From Takakia lepidozioides (lineage: Eukaryota > Plantae > Bryophyta): 64,000 nucleotides of DNA. A program made the translations under genes and the position numbers. The notes beneath the pieces are model-generated. The model was not told where the DNA came from. It searched no databases and saw nothing but the letters and a program-made list of their open reading frames with translations. Below, in pieces: positions 24,566-37,122 of the stretch. The stretch covers positions 15,810,001 through 15,874,000 of the forward strand of contig CM060733.1 of assembly GCA_030704615.1 (NCBI GenBank). The letters run 5' to 3'. Each line of letters begins with the position of its first letter. Position 1 is the first letter of the stretch.

Positions 24566-26158
24566 CTACCGTTCATGCCTCTGTGCATGTCCATTGCATG
24601 CAGTCTTAACACCCAAGTTAGGGTTGTGATATCCACTGCGGAGCGCAGCCAGGGCAAAAGCAGTTGTCGTGATCTCGTTCCCGAACCAGCTTTTGGGGTC
24701 GTTGTAGGAATAGAAGGGACAAACATCCCATGACCCATCCACGTTTTGCAACCGTGCCAGCTGCTTCCGATCGCTGGTGTTCCTGATGCCGCACAACTCG
24801 CAAGCTAACAGTCTCATTGCTAGGGCAAGAGCGCTCCCTGGCATTCCAACATGCTCGCTCACCCGCTGCCCCAGTAGTTCCAGAAAGCCTGCCTTTTGAA
24901 AGTGCTCCTTGAACTTGTGGGCAAGGCGAGCAAGTTGACACAAAAAGGTCTCTGGCAGGGGATAGTATATACTCCCCCGCAAATATGCTCTGCTCTCGAG
25001 CAAGTTGTACAGAAACTGTTCGGTCTTCTTCACAGGTGCGGGTCGGCCTGCTAGGTGAAATAGATAGCAGGTGTTGACCTGACTGACCAAATCTATCCTT
25101 GGACGCAAGGGGTCGAAGTACACCTGGAAAATGCCGTCCTCGGTCCTCATTTCTAGCATCTTGTCCAATACGGCGTTGATTTGTTTCATGTCCACTTTCG
25201 AGAACTTGTACAAGGCAATTAGCGCCACTGCGGTTGTGTCGAGATCATCTGGGTAAGCTTTGTGGGTGGCCGCGTGGGTATTTACATCTCTTTGGACCAC
25301 CCTTTCCTCTGGAGGGAAAAAGTTAAATGTCCCGGTTGCTGGAGCTGTATGCATGGGAAGGAAGTCTGGGTCCTCTAGCAGTTCCGCCATCACAAAGTGG
25401 TCGAAGTGGACTGGGACTCGAAGGCCGTCGGACGTAAGAGAGGGACATCTATCAACTGATCCTCTCCTCCGCAACAAATAATTAGCAGCGGTTAACAGCC
25501 TCTCTTCATCAGTGCGAAGATGGTACAATACGAGGTTGACCGTCACCTTGACGTCTTCCGATCCGACAAGAACACCAGTGAAGCCCAAGGACTCAGCAGC
25601 AACCACATTCTGTAGTGTGTCGTCAATGAAAATGGTTTCCGTTGCTTTGCAACCCGTCTCGCGCAAAACGTGCTGGAAATAACCGAAGTTGGGTTTGCGA
25701 ATCCCAACGGCAGCGGAATAGAACACTCTATCAAACTTCTGGAAAAGATCTGGGAATCTCGCGAGGAGGTAGTCGTAGTCTTCTCTAGCAGCATTAGTCA
25801 TGCAGAAGAGTTTGAGCTTGCCCGAAGAACCTAGAGCATCTACCAGTTGGAGAATTGCAGTAACAGGACGGAGAGAGCCTCTCGCTCTGTCGACGAATGT
25901 TTGAACATCTTCTGCATTGAAACCGTTGTCGAGGGACACCCTGTGCAAGGTTTCCGCCCAGGACAGCTTGCCCTCAATATATTGGAACCAAACATGGCTG
26001 CGCAGTATACGCTTGAATCGAACGGGGTGCAGCGGCGTGCCATGACTGTCGTCTAAGTTGGGCATCAGCAGAACTCCGCCGATGTCGAAGCAGACACTTT
26101 TGAATGGACCGTTGCTGCAGCTGAGAAATGGGAAAAGCTCGGTATTCAGACTGCCCAT
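24566..26158 (-). CDS. Intronless bifunctional HAD-like phosphatase / class II terpene cyclase (drimane-type sesquiterpene synthase family), 530 aa
   Basis: N-terminal HAD motifs FDIGGV, TN, RKP and IDDTLQNV. C-terminal YPDDLDTT (25232-25249), FDPLRPRID, YYP.PE and the QW motif QNVDGSW (24728-24748). The ORF is uninterrupted. Confidence 0.88.
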   Translation of the reverse strand: MGSLNTELFPFLSCSNGPFKSVCFDIGGVLLMPNLDDSHGTPLHPVRFKRILRSHVWFQYIEGKLSWAETLHRVSLDNGFNAEDVQTFVDRARGSLRPVTAILQLVDALGSSGKLKLFCMTNAAREDYDYLLARFPDLFQKFDRVFYSAAVGIRKPNFGYFQHVLRETGCKATETIFIDDTLQNVVAAESLGFTGVLVGSEDVKVTVNLVLYHLRTDEERLLTAANYLLRRRGSVDRCPSLTSDGLRVPVHFDHFVMAELLEDPDFLPMHTAPATGTFNFFPPEERVVQRDVNTHAATHKAYPDDLDTTAVALIALYKFSKVDMKQINAVLDKMLEMRTEDGIFQVYFDPLRPRIDLVSQVNTCYLFHLAGRPAPVKKTEQFLYNLLESRAYLRGSIYYPLPETFLCQLARLAHKFKEHFQKAGFLELLGQRVSEHVGMPGSALALAMRLLACELCGIRNTSDRKQLARLQNVDGSWDVCPFYSYNDPKSWFGNEITTTAFALAALRSGYHNPNLGVKTACNGHAQRHER

Positions 26159-26414
26159 GCTTCAAGGAGGCCACGGCCGTGCGATCGAGGGGGTCCGACC
26201 TCCTGCTGAGTTGATCTTCAACTAGTGTACCATGACTGTCGTCTAAGTTGGGCACCAGCAGAACTCCGCCGATGTCGAAGCAGACACTTTTGAATGGACC
26301 GTTGCTGCAGCTGAGAAATAGGAAAAGCTCGGTATTCAGACTGCCCATGCCCATTCAAGGAGGCCACGGCCGTGCGATCGAGGGTCCGACCTCCTGCTGA
26401 GTTGATCTTCAACT
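26041..26414. repeat. 190-bp tandem duplication of the leader and first ~40 codons of the terpene cyclase gene
   Basis: 26041-26224 and 26231-26414 are nearly identical. Confidence 0.92.
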
Positions 26415-26420
26415 ACCTAG

Positions 26421-26428
26421 TTTATATA
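26421..26428 (-). promoter_or_regulatory. Candidate TATA box of the terpene cyclase gene
   Basis: TATATAAA on the minus strand, about 70 bp upstream of the first ATG (26354). Confidence 0.5.
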
Positions 26429-27031
26429 AGGTTCGAAGCAGGGCGGTTACCCGGTTGAGCGGCCGGGTCCGGTTCTAGGGAACGGGTAGTGCAGTGTGCA
26501 TCAACCCCTTGGTGGGCCCCTTGCTTCGTCGTGGCAATACCCTGCTTTGTCAGACTGTGGCACATAATACTCTAGGAACATGGCCTGCATCATTTGGGTG
26601 AAGATTTATTTGTGCCGAGTTGCACGCGTATGGAGCAGCATTCTTTACAGTGTAATCGGTCACAAGATCCACATGCCTACTCTTAATCCTAAACTACTAC
26701 CTGGGGGGTAGTTTCACTTTTACCAAACATTGACCCCTGTGTAGAAAAATGGTCTTAGATAATCTATGATATATTAAAATATCCACATTGGCATCGTGGG
26801 TTGGTGTTATCAACTATTTTTAGCAATATCCCAACACTAGGTGTGCAGGGACCTTTAATGAGGTGGTGGGCCACCCCAAAACATTCTACAGCAAATCAAA
26901 TGATTGAGTATTTCAAGTTTTATAGCGCACGCGGCAGCACTGACACACTCTATGTATCAGGATTCAGGAGTTGCTCCCAGCAAACTCTCGAGTCTTTGGG
27001 GACACCTTTAAAGCGATAATCATCGCTAGGC

Positions 27032-27070
27032 CTAGTATCAGAAAACGCCCGCGTGCCCCGGCCGGCACGC
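27032..27070 (-). mobile_element. Helitron-like 3' terminus
   Basis: Perfect 7-bp GC hairpin GCGTGCC/GGCACGC (27051-27070), 15 nt before ...TGATACTAG. The following base is G rather than the canonical T. Confidence 0.4.
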
Positions 27071-27668
27071 CTACGTGGCCCGCTGCCACGCCCCGAGTGT
27101 GGCGCCTCAAGTCCGCCCGGTCAACGTGGCACTGGTAGGGAGAAGCTCAGTGTCCATTTTTGACAGTTTAAAAGCGTCCCCCTTCAGTGCCGCCATCTCC
27201 CGCCCCTTTTGGTGCAACTGCTCTTGGAGCCCGGCAAGCTTTTCCTCCACCTCTCGCCTTGCCCTCCTCTTGGCACGGGCAGCCTGCTAAATTTTCTTTT
27301 TGGTTGGAGGCTGGAAGGTCGACAACACAGAAATTCAATTACAAAGTGACCGTTAACCCCTAAATGCTCAATAGGCCCGGAACGGGCCTTTTCAGGGGTT
27401 TAACAATTCACAACTTTTCCAGATTTTTGTAAAAACCACCACCATAAATCGTTCCAGCATGAAGCGCAATGGAACTGCCAGCACGTGCTTAATGGGCCAA
27501 ATCCACCAGTTTTTCCTGTTGGATGGAGGATGTCTCCCGTCTCCACCTTGAAGTGCTCAAAAATGAGATGAAACAAAATTCATCCCATCAGTAAAAATTT
27601 GAAGACACTAAAAACAATTTTTTTTCTTACCTCCAATTTGGCCTCTGCAGGCATAGGTGGGTCGTTTA

Positions 27669-29899
27669 TGTACGGTCACGTTTATGAAAATTAATTCTGT
27701 GCACATCAGCTGGTAGCTCAGCTGGTAAGTGCACAGTGTGTCGTCGTGGTGGTTTGGGGTTCAAAACCCGCTGCCCTGCCTGGTGTGTGGATTGTTCGTG
27801 ACCGGTTGTAAAGCTAAAAGTCCCGACGCAAGGATATGCTCTTATCCTCCGCGGGTTAAGTCATGCACAGGGGATTGTAAGCTATAGAACCTTGCCAAGC
27901 TGACAGGGGAGGGTCTATTGCAGAGCACATACACAATCTAAGCCAATCGTTGCATGCAACAGAGTATCAAAACAGTTTCATCCAGAGTCCCTCACACATC
28001 CACTGCACCAGCTTGAACACCAAAAACATCTTGCCTAAGCCTGATGATCTCTTCATTTAAATAATCCGGAGAGGCTAATCTGGAGATCCAGATGCAGCAC
28101 TCTTATTGGACATGCAGATTACAAGATCTCACATCAGCCAGCTCAGTTTCCAGGTTGGCTTATCTCGCGACTGTTAGCGTAGGACAATCATATAACCAAA
28201 GATAGTCCCTATCACCATGAATGTCCAACAACCCCATGCTTTTCATCCAAGCGACTCACTGGAGAGCATATGCACCGCCATAGAATCTGGAGCTCTACGT
28301 ATGTAAAGCTTGCCCCCGCTAGGAAAGCGAGCTCCCACGAGCTAACTGAAATACCGAACTACCAAAGCTAAGCAAGTCACACCATGCCTAATACTAGCAT
28401 CCGACATTCGCGTGGGGTTTTCAAGGCTTTGAGAGGCAAGTGGTCAATCTCAACAGTAAAATAACAACCATGCAAATACGGACGGAAGTGCTTTACACCA
28501 AATATAACTGCTAGGCCTTCCTTATCAGTAATGCTATAATTTCCTTCATGGTTATCAAGTCTTCTAGATGCATAAGCAACAACATGCTCACGACCATCCT
28601 TCTTCTGGCTTAGGATGGCTAAAACAGCTAGCTCACTAGCATCAGTCTGCAACAGAAAGGGAATGGAGAAATCAGGAAATATGAGTATAGGAGCAGAAGT
28701 CAATGCTATCTTCAGTCTCAAAGGCCAATGCCTCAGCTTGACCCCATTGGAATTTGACATCTTTGCAAAGCAAGTAAACCAAGGGACCAGCCAGCTTAGC
28801 AAAATGAAAGATGAACCTTCTATAGTAGGATGCAAGGCCCAAGAATGCTCTTACACAATGCTTATCCTTCGGGATAGGAAAATCCCAGACTGCCTGGACT
28901 TTGGTTAAGTCAGGTTTAATGCCATCCCCACAAAGAATGTGTCCCAAAAAGCGCAACTCCAACATACAGAAATCACATTTCTTTGCCTTAACTTTAAGTC
29001 CAGCACTTCGTAACCTGCTCATCACTCTTTGCAGGTCCAAAAGGTGAGATGCAAAGGTGCTGGAATAAATATTAATGTCAGGCACGGTAACCGTCTCTAG
29101 TACACAACACCCATCATTTTTCCACGGTTCAATCCTAGCATAGCAAGGCCTGCAGTTGCAATGTAATTTCTACATTCCCACCTTAAATTAACGAGGACCA
29201 CGTCCATCAGTCGTTGGAATGTAGCAGTGGCATTAGAAAGGCCAAACATCATGGTTTCGTACTGAACAAACTGTACCTGCAGGTGAATGCAGTCTTTTCT
29301 TTGGAGTCCTCTATCAATGGAACTTGCCAGAAACCAGAGGCTAAATCAAGGGAAGAAAATATAGTTGCTCCATTAAGTTGGTCTAGGGTCTCGTTGATAC
29401 GTGGCAGGGGATAGACATCATTTTTAATCATGGCATTCAACCTTCAAAAATCCACACAGAAGTATGTGGTACCATCTTTCTTGCCCACAAGCACAATGGG
29501 ACTAGCCCAGGGGGAAACAGAATGCTTTATCACTCCGGAATCCAACATCTTCCTAATTTCTTCTTGAATAACTGCTCTTTCACGGACAGACTCTCTGTAA
29601 GCATATTGTTTGACTGGTTTTCCTTCAGTAATAATTTCATGCTTAAATATGTCTGTGCAGCCCAGATCATGTGAACCTTTGCTAAATATGTCCAAGTTTC
29701 TTTTGAGCAGTAGATGTAATTTGAGCTTGATGGGAATCAGTCAGTTCACCCACCTTTATCTCAGCCAATACCTGTTGAAAGTGAGCTTCTTGCTCAGTAG
29801 TGAGGCTGGGATTTGTTGGGGTTGCAGCTAAAATGGTCATAGCAATCAGACCATCCAGAGGATCATCTTCCAGACCAATATCTCATAGATGTAAAGTTG
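27669..29899 (-). mobile_element. Degraded Ty3/Gypsy element of a second lineage (RT-RNaseH; integrase deleted; probable 3' LTR at 27669-28307)
   Basis: SPWASPIVLV, YPLPRINETLD, LDLASGFWQV, LQTDAS and YASRRL...NYSIT motifs. The YxDD region is replaced by ~85 bp of filler. PPT-like AGCGGGGGCAAG precedes T(T)TAC...GTACA ends. Confidence 0.8.
27706..27780 (+). other. tRNA-derived Pol III promoter-like segment (A box + B box)
   Basis: TAGCTCAGCTGG at 27714 and GGTTCAAAACC at 27758, with tRNA-like 44-nt spacing. No proper acceptor or anticodon stems. Confidence 0.55.
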
Positions 29900-30344
29900 T
29901 ACTACTACATTTAGGGGGGGTTAGCGACGTCGGGACCCCGAGCGTGCCAGACGCGAAGACCCTCCTGCGACTGCTGCGCCGCGTAGGTGCCCGGCCCAGA
30001 AATTGCGACATCGGCGCGTCGCCACCGCGCCGCTCCAGTGACGCTTCCAACTTGCGATTCTGCTATGTCGCTGCAGTTGGGGCATGACCCGCTAGCAAGC
30101 TGGGGGTTGCGACGCCCGGGCGTCGCACGTACCCTCTGCGACGCTCCCGCAAGGCTGCGACTCCCGAGAATTGCAACAACACCCCCTCACACTTAGGCGC
30201 GTGGGGATGGCTGAGCCAACTCGCGCTAGGGTTTGCGACGTCCCGACATCGCAGAAATGCCACAATGGTGACGTTGCGATTCCCCTTAGTCGCAGGCCTG
30301 CTGGGGCGTCGCAAGTGCTCTCTTGCTTGGGGGTCTAGGATTGG

Positions 30345-30727
30345 GGATTGCTGCTACGTAATAATTTTTTTTTTGCTGTGTTTTGTTCTGTGAATTCAAC
30401 CCTTGCACCACTACATCCGTGCAAATTATTGGACCATATGCTTAATGACAGCGTTTGCAATGCGTGTGCAAATTTTGGGAGTGAACAAAAATCATTTGGA
30501 CTGAAAACCATATTTTCTTCCCTCATTTGCACTCCGAAGTTGAGTTCTTTTCAACTTCATGCACTCTCCATAGAGAGTTCCGCAATAGTGAGTGAAGGAA
30601 ACTCTTTGTTTTATTTTTTATTTTTGTTTGGTCCAATTTTTTCCGTGGATGTAGTGGTCTGGGGTTAGCATTCACAGAACAAAATAGAGCTAAAACAAAA
30701 ATCATTGCGTAGGAAAAATCCGCAATC
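30345..30727. repeat. Diverged inverted repeat (~95-bp arms) inside the CACTA element
   Basis: TTTTGTTCTGTGAA...ACCACTACATCC near 30380-30420 is mirrored at 30645-30690. Confidence 0.7.
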
Positions 30728-31442
30728 ATAGATATTGTAATTGCAGGGGGTTGCGAGCCAGGGGTCGCCTTGCGACGGTATTGTGACGGAATTGCAATGC
30801 CCCAACAGGTCTGCGACGGCGGGGAATCGCAATATTGCCTTTTATGTGTCTTTGCAAAGGTCATGGCAGAGGCCAAGCTGAATGGATCCATTGTTGCAAA
30901 TCTTTTTAGTCCTCCTTCTGTGCTACAATATAATAGGTCTATCTTGCATGTGGGAGACCGTGATCAACCCGGGCGCCCTTATTGTTAAAGACAAAGGGCA
31001 AGAAGAGGGGGTGGGGACACTAGGAAAGGAAAAGGGAATGGCCATGGGATTAGAGGGTTGAGTGTAGATTGATTTGGCAATGGCTTTGGCAACATTATTG
31101 TCTTTCACACCAATTTCGAAGATTCTTTTTGTTGCATCGAGATCATGGTAGCCAAATCGATTGAAGGGTTTCCAGGGGTAAGTCTTGGTCAGCACTTGTA
31201 GAACAAGAACCATGTCTTCCAACATTCTTGCCCTCGTACAAAAACTCAACAATCCTAGAGTCACTTTTCGAGTCACAACTTCACTAAAATCATTCCTAGA
31301 TCGCCACACCTACAAAGGATTTTTTTCATGGATTTTTCATTAATCAATCATAGAAATAAGCTACATGCATGTACATGTACAATCAATCGAAGGGATGGGT
31401 ACAGTTATGTGCGAGAATTATTATGTAGCTTTGATTACGTGT

Positions 31443-34400
31443 CTAATCGACTTGAACATCATCATCCAGAGCTTCTTCGTCCTCATCAAGCTGCAAGTCT
31501 TCTTGCTCATCAGAGTCATTGTCATAAATGGCCTGGTCACCAAAAGGCACATCTGAATCATCTTCCAACTTAGTTTCAATGACCATGTCTTCATCTTCTT
31601 CTCCAACATCCGCATCTGATGGAGCCTCACATGACCAGTCTCTTCCTCCTCCGCATTTGCCTCGCCCCATGTAGATCCCGACCATGATAGATACGTCTTC
31701 CTCTTGGTTGAGCATGCACAACCACCTTCCAATTTTCTGATCCAGAGAAGAAAACTTGCTCCATGTCTGAAGGCCATGAAAAAGGCTCATCGGAGGGACG
31801 ATGAGTAGACTCGAGCCTATTTGTATTGACGCGCATGAAACCACACTCGTCTTCCACTATTGTTGCGGATGGCCGCACAAGATGTGGCTGGAACCACCTT
31901 GCCTTGAAGATAAGAAGCTGGTGCCTTGTATACTGAAGTTGGAGTATGCTCTCAAGCTCTCCAAAGTAGTTGAGTGTGCTCATGGTAGGTCGTGTATCTC
32001 CCCTGCCCCACCCGGAGTCTTGCCAATATGAGGCACACAAGCCAGAATCAAACGTTGTTTTGCGCTTCATGTCAAGAGCACGAATGCGGAAATAACGACC
32101 ATGAACCCAAACCGCTGTGTATGAGGTCGTAAATTGAGAGGGGCCCCTTGCAATGTCTTCCACCAAATCTGAAACCACTCACCTTTCGCAATGCTATCCT
32201 CTACTTCAGTCCGAAGCCAATGGCGGAATGAACTTAGAGGCTGCAATTCCATGGGCAATTCTTGTGAAGGCACATTCCTACGCCGGCCCCTTGCTCGCGG
32301 AGCGCGTGTAGTCGCCCTTGCATGGTTCTGCCTCCACGCAACCGTCTCCTCCTGTCGTTGCTGAACAAGGTTATTGTATCTTGCCTCCCACTCATGTATG
32401 GATGGGGTGTTCTTCAGTATGAACTCATGCACTTGGTAAATCACCATGATGGGTAGTTTTACCCTCTTTGAATTTTTGGGGCAAAACGATATCATTGGTT
32501 CGTACATCCTCGTCTTCCTTCTACATCGGAGGGGCTTCCTTATCCACCCTTGCCAAGTACTCCATGCGGTAGAACATAGCCTCTTGCAATGTATACCCCT
32601 CCGTCATGCTACCCTCCGGGTGTGCCATTTGTCTTACATGTGCTTTCAAAGTCTTCATGTATCGCTCAAGGTAGTACATCCACCGAGAATGAACGGGGCC
32701 GGCAATCGAAGCCTCTTCCACTAAGTGCACTACCAAGTGCACTTGGATGTCAAAGAAGGAGGGAGGAAGGTGCATCTCCAACATACACATGACCACCGCC
32801 GCCTCCTTCTTCATGCGTGGAAAGTCCGTTTCCTCCAGCTCTTTGGAGCAAATCCACCGGAACAATGCTCCCAATCTATAGACTGTCTCGCGAACCTCGG
32901 GAGTCAATGTCCCATGTACTGCAATGGACAAGATGTCTTGCAATAGATTGTGGTAGTCATGAGACTTCAAACCATGGACCCCGTCTTCGTTGAACTTCAT
33001 ACGGAGGGATGACCCATAACCAGTTGGTGTTCGGACAGCTCCTATGGTGGCTATCACTTTCTTGTATTCCTCTTTTGTCCATTGCCAAGGTGCACGCCTA
33101 TACTTCCACCGTACAACACCCTTTGGGTCCACACCATTTTTCTTCGGTCCATAGATGGGGCATGTGACCCTGCTCCTCAAGTTCCTTTCTAACACCAAGA
33201 GAATCTCCTTTTGCAGCCACTCCCTTCTTTGCCGGCGTGCCATGAAGAACACGAAAAAAGGACAAGCAAACATTCTTCTCAATATGCATGGGATCTAGAA
33301 GATGACGAATCTTCAGGTCCTACACATATCCCCACCCACAAATTCTTACACGTCTATTTTGTCGTGAAAGTGACAATGGAAATCATACAAAACATGCAAT
33401 ATCACATGCATGCATAACAATATTGATGGTGTTTTTGTGGAATATGTACCGCCCAATATGACAACTTGTAGAAGATTGAAAGCCGTTTCATGCCGGGCAC
33501 CTCCACTTCACTGGACCCCTCCGGATGGGCCTCCTTCCATCGGTCTTCCCAAAAGTGCCTGGATGGTGTCACAGGTGGGGGACATAACTCCACTTTGCCA
33601 TCAAACAAGTGTTTGTCTCTTCTTCTCCAATGATGGCTCAAAGGAAGAAACTTGCGGTAGTGGGGATACATCATCTTGTGAAGATTGCTGGAGCTTTGTG
33701 CATCAAGTTCATTCCCACAATGCAGGCATGCGTGGTACCCTTTAGTGCTCAACCCCGAGCTAACAGTAAGTCCTGTAGACATTCCGCCACATTAGGAAAG
33801 ACAAAAAGTTTCTATGTGCATCTACCCCACTACGTTGCAGAATACTGTCGCCGCTACTTCAATCAATCCCAATCCTCATCAATATCCCTTGATAGGTAAA
33901 TGTACGCGGGTTTCTCATGGGGAACATAATATACCTGGATAATCATGCATTGTCCAAAGCAAGATGTCTTTCATCTGAAAAGATTGTCCGGCCATAGGGT
34001 CAAGTGAAGCATCCAATGCCGGGACCCCCCTCCATAGCTCCTTCAATTCATCAACTAGAGGTCGCAAGTACGTGTCCATGTCTTTCACTTGTTTTTTCCC
34101 TATGAGACATTCACACCATTAATTGTTTCAATGCTCCACCATGCTAATTATACTTCATAATGAATGACACATCTTACTACATGATTACGTCACTCATCAA
34201 TCTTTCATCGGAATTGCGCCAAAGAGAAGAAGATTAATGTAAAATCCAAAGTAATAATAAGCATGAAATGAGAACACTCACCCAGTACAATGGCAGCCAA
34301 CATGATATGGCATTTTTTTTTATTGAAAGATACAGAGGGATATTGTAATTCACCATGGTCACCGGCCAAGTGGAATGACTACATGACTGGACAGAGAATG

Positions 34401-35760
34401 GATTGACCCCATCCGAGGAGAAGCCGAGGCGGACATGTCGTGGGTCCTCCAAGAGAAAAGGCCACATCTCTTCAGTATGCCTCCATGCTTGTGAATCTTG
34501 TGGCCCGCACACCTTTCCCGGGGGGCTCCGATGCGAGGCGTGCCATCTCATCAGTTCTGCCAATGAGGGGCTTCGGTAGTGTGTCTGCAGTCACAGGATG
34601 ATTGATGTCGGCCCCATATCATAATCAGTGTCATTCATATCTCTAAGTAAAACCTTACGTCTTGTAGCGGTTGCAAAAAGGTAGAATGCAATATACAAGT
34701 GTATTGTGGCGCGGGTATACCTTGCGCGAGGCTTTCTTCCCTTGAACATCATCCCGATATCGGTCTTTGTTGCACTTTGGACACTTGGTGAGTTTCGCAT
34801 CCTCTCCGTAGTACAGGGTTTTATCACATGGACATGCATGAAAAATCTTATAGCCCATCCCCACAGCATCCAAGGCTGCTCTTGCCTCTTCTCTTGATCG
34901 TGGCATTCTCGGCTTCAAATGTGGGGCAAGGATGTAGTCCGCAATAGTCCGCATTATGGCGGACATACCCACATTGCTTATGCCAAACCGGATTTGCAAA
35001 TTCAGCAACAACAATATGGTTGAAAGTCTACTCACTTTGGCCCCTTCGTATAAGGGAGTTTTGGCTTCTTTTTCCATGTCATTCAAAGAGTGTGTGTCCT
35101 CATCTACCATCTGATGCATTAAGAGGTCTTCCATTGCTGCCACATCCTCATGCATAATTCCATTGTCATTGTTGTCCTCATCATCGGAGACTGCCATTTC
35201 AGACGGGGTCGGGTCCCTTTGATACGCACCCCCCTCCGAAGGAACAAAATCGCGGTTCATGACAAGATCATGAACTTCATGAATTAACATCGTGGGGTTG
35301 TGGCCGGCATCCTAAGATGCCAAAAACAACCATGTCATTATCAGTTTCCATACATGGCGTTGTTCATTATCATACAGGATAAAACCCAAAGTACACATTA
35401 TACACACGAGGAGAATACATACCTTGCTTCACCACATGAAGGAGACACTATATAATTCAAAATACCCAAATTCACATATAACGTCCACCCAAACTCCCTT
35501 GAATATAACATGAAAAACTGCATCCAAATACACATCAATGCCTATGTATATATATACACGGTGGAGGAAGCCACCTCAATGTACAAAATGTCTGTAAGGA
35601 TGGATCAAGGACCCACGGCCGTGTGTCTGCAATAATTGCCACACCCGGTGGGTGTACCTCGGCCCAAAATAGGGGAACAAATCCACAGAATCCTCTCCTC
35701 CTCCCAAAACTACATCCTCCATAAAAAAAAATCCGCGACCCATACTAGGGTCCATTGCCT
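31443..35760 (-). pseudogene. CACTA TnpD-type transposase (Transposase_21, DUF4218, DUF4216 regions), with introns and frameshifts
   Basis: TPLYEG, HACP..CPKC, LMRWHA, SDGVNPF, DPMHIEKNV, GLKSHDYH, FFDIQVHL, RWMY..ERYM and YFGELE..FKARWF motifs. Confidence 0.9.
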
Positions 35761-35763
35761 CCA

Positions 35764-37122
35764 TCACGCAATACATGCGACCCCAAAAAAGAAAGGGCTC
35801 ACCCTTGGAATCGGAATTGGACAAGGCACAAGACATTGGTAGAAATGGGGTTGGACTCCCATCGTGAATAGCTCCCTAGCACCACGATGACGTATGGTGT
35901 TGTCATCAGGCCGGCGAAGGCGCGGACCAATCGTGCGAAACAACTTCGGTCCACCTCTCCTAGGGGGCGGCGCCCGTCCATCACTTCGGGGGCCATTCTC
36001 CCGGAGTGGGAACCTAGTGATCCATCGGTCCCAGTCATACATAGTCCCCAAAGGTGGTGGGATCCATCCGGGCTCTGCCGGAGGACCCGGATACGGACTC
36101 GGTGGCGGCTGTGGTCTCGGCAATGGAGGGGAAGGGACACGTAGGTTGGTATGAGGGATCTCGCGTGGAGGTAGTACTGGCCGAGATGGCCGAGATGGCG
36201 ATGGTGATGAGGAAAGAACATGTACAATAGGAGGAACGAACGATGTGGATGATGGTGATGATGGGGGTGCCGATGTCGAGGATGTCGAACTCGGACTCGG
36301 TGGCGGCTGTGGTCTCGGCAATGGAGGGGAAGGGACACGTAGCCGGTCGGTATGAGGGACCTCGAATGGCAATGGTGATGAGGAAAGACCATCTACAATA
36401 GGAGGAACGGACGATGCGGATGATGGTGATGATGGGGGTGCCGATGTCGAGGATGACGAATGATGTGCGTAGGTGACAAGCGCCTAGCCCGGTGCCCAAA
36501 AATAGAAAAACATGCATCGTACCCCGCTACCTCACAAACTGCATCTACGTCATGTTGCGAGAAAAAAATGTTCACATCCGGAACGGGGTGGGGCTCGTAA
36601 GAAGGAAGAAACCCGCATCGGTATGCCTCTTCAGCAAAAAAATTGCGAGCTTGGACATCAAGACGGGGCTGCAAGATGCATGATATGAAATGCATCAATA
36701 CTCAATTCACAAACGCGAGGTTTCATTAGATATAGTACTTTTAATTGAGGAGTACGTGAGAAGATATATGGACGACTTATCTTTGCTGCATCAGCAATCT
36801 CGTACTTGGCGTAATATTTTTGCACAACATGGGGTCGCCGCATCATCGGTGTGGTCCTCCCAACTGGTAGTCGTGCCCAACACCAATTGCACCAACACTC
36901 AAACTTGGGGAGGCGGTCCCGACGGGGTCTCCCCGGGGCTCGTGCCTCTGGACTTGGCGGCCTACGACCTCGGGGTGGTGGCCGTGGGGGCAAAGTTGTG
37001 CGGACATGGCGATGCCGCCTAACTCGTAGACGAGGCGAACGTGTTGTCTCGCCCTCAGCAGGTGGTTGTGGCACAGCCGGCAACGAATCCTCAAGCGTGA
37101 CACGTCGATAAACACGCGGCAT
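35764..37122 (-). other. Pro/Arg-rich ORF segments with internal duplications upstream of the CACTA transposase
   Basis: Duplicated RVPSPPLPRPQPPP blocks. Probably 5' exons or an accessory gene of the element. Confidence 0.35.

Noticed and set aside
21866-27032. Cyclase and P450 carried inside a Helitron
   Set aside because: The two CTAG-type ends point toward the block, so the genes lie between the putative elements, not within them.
27706-27780. Functional tRNA gene
   Set aside because: A and B boxes are present, but there is no convincing acceptor stem or anticodon arm.
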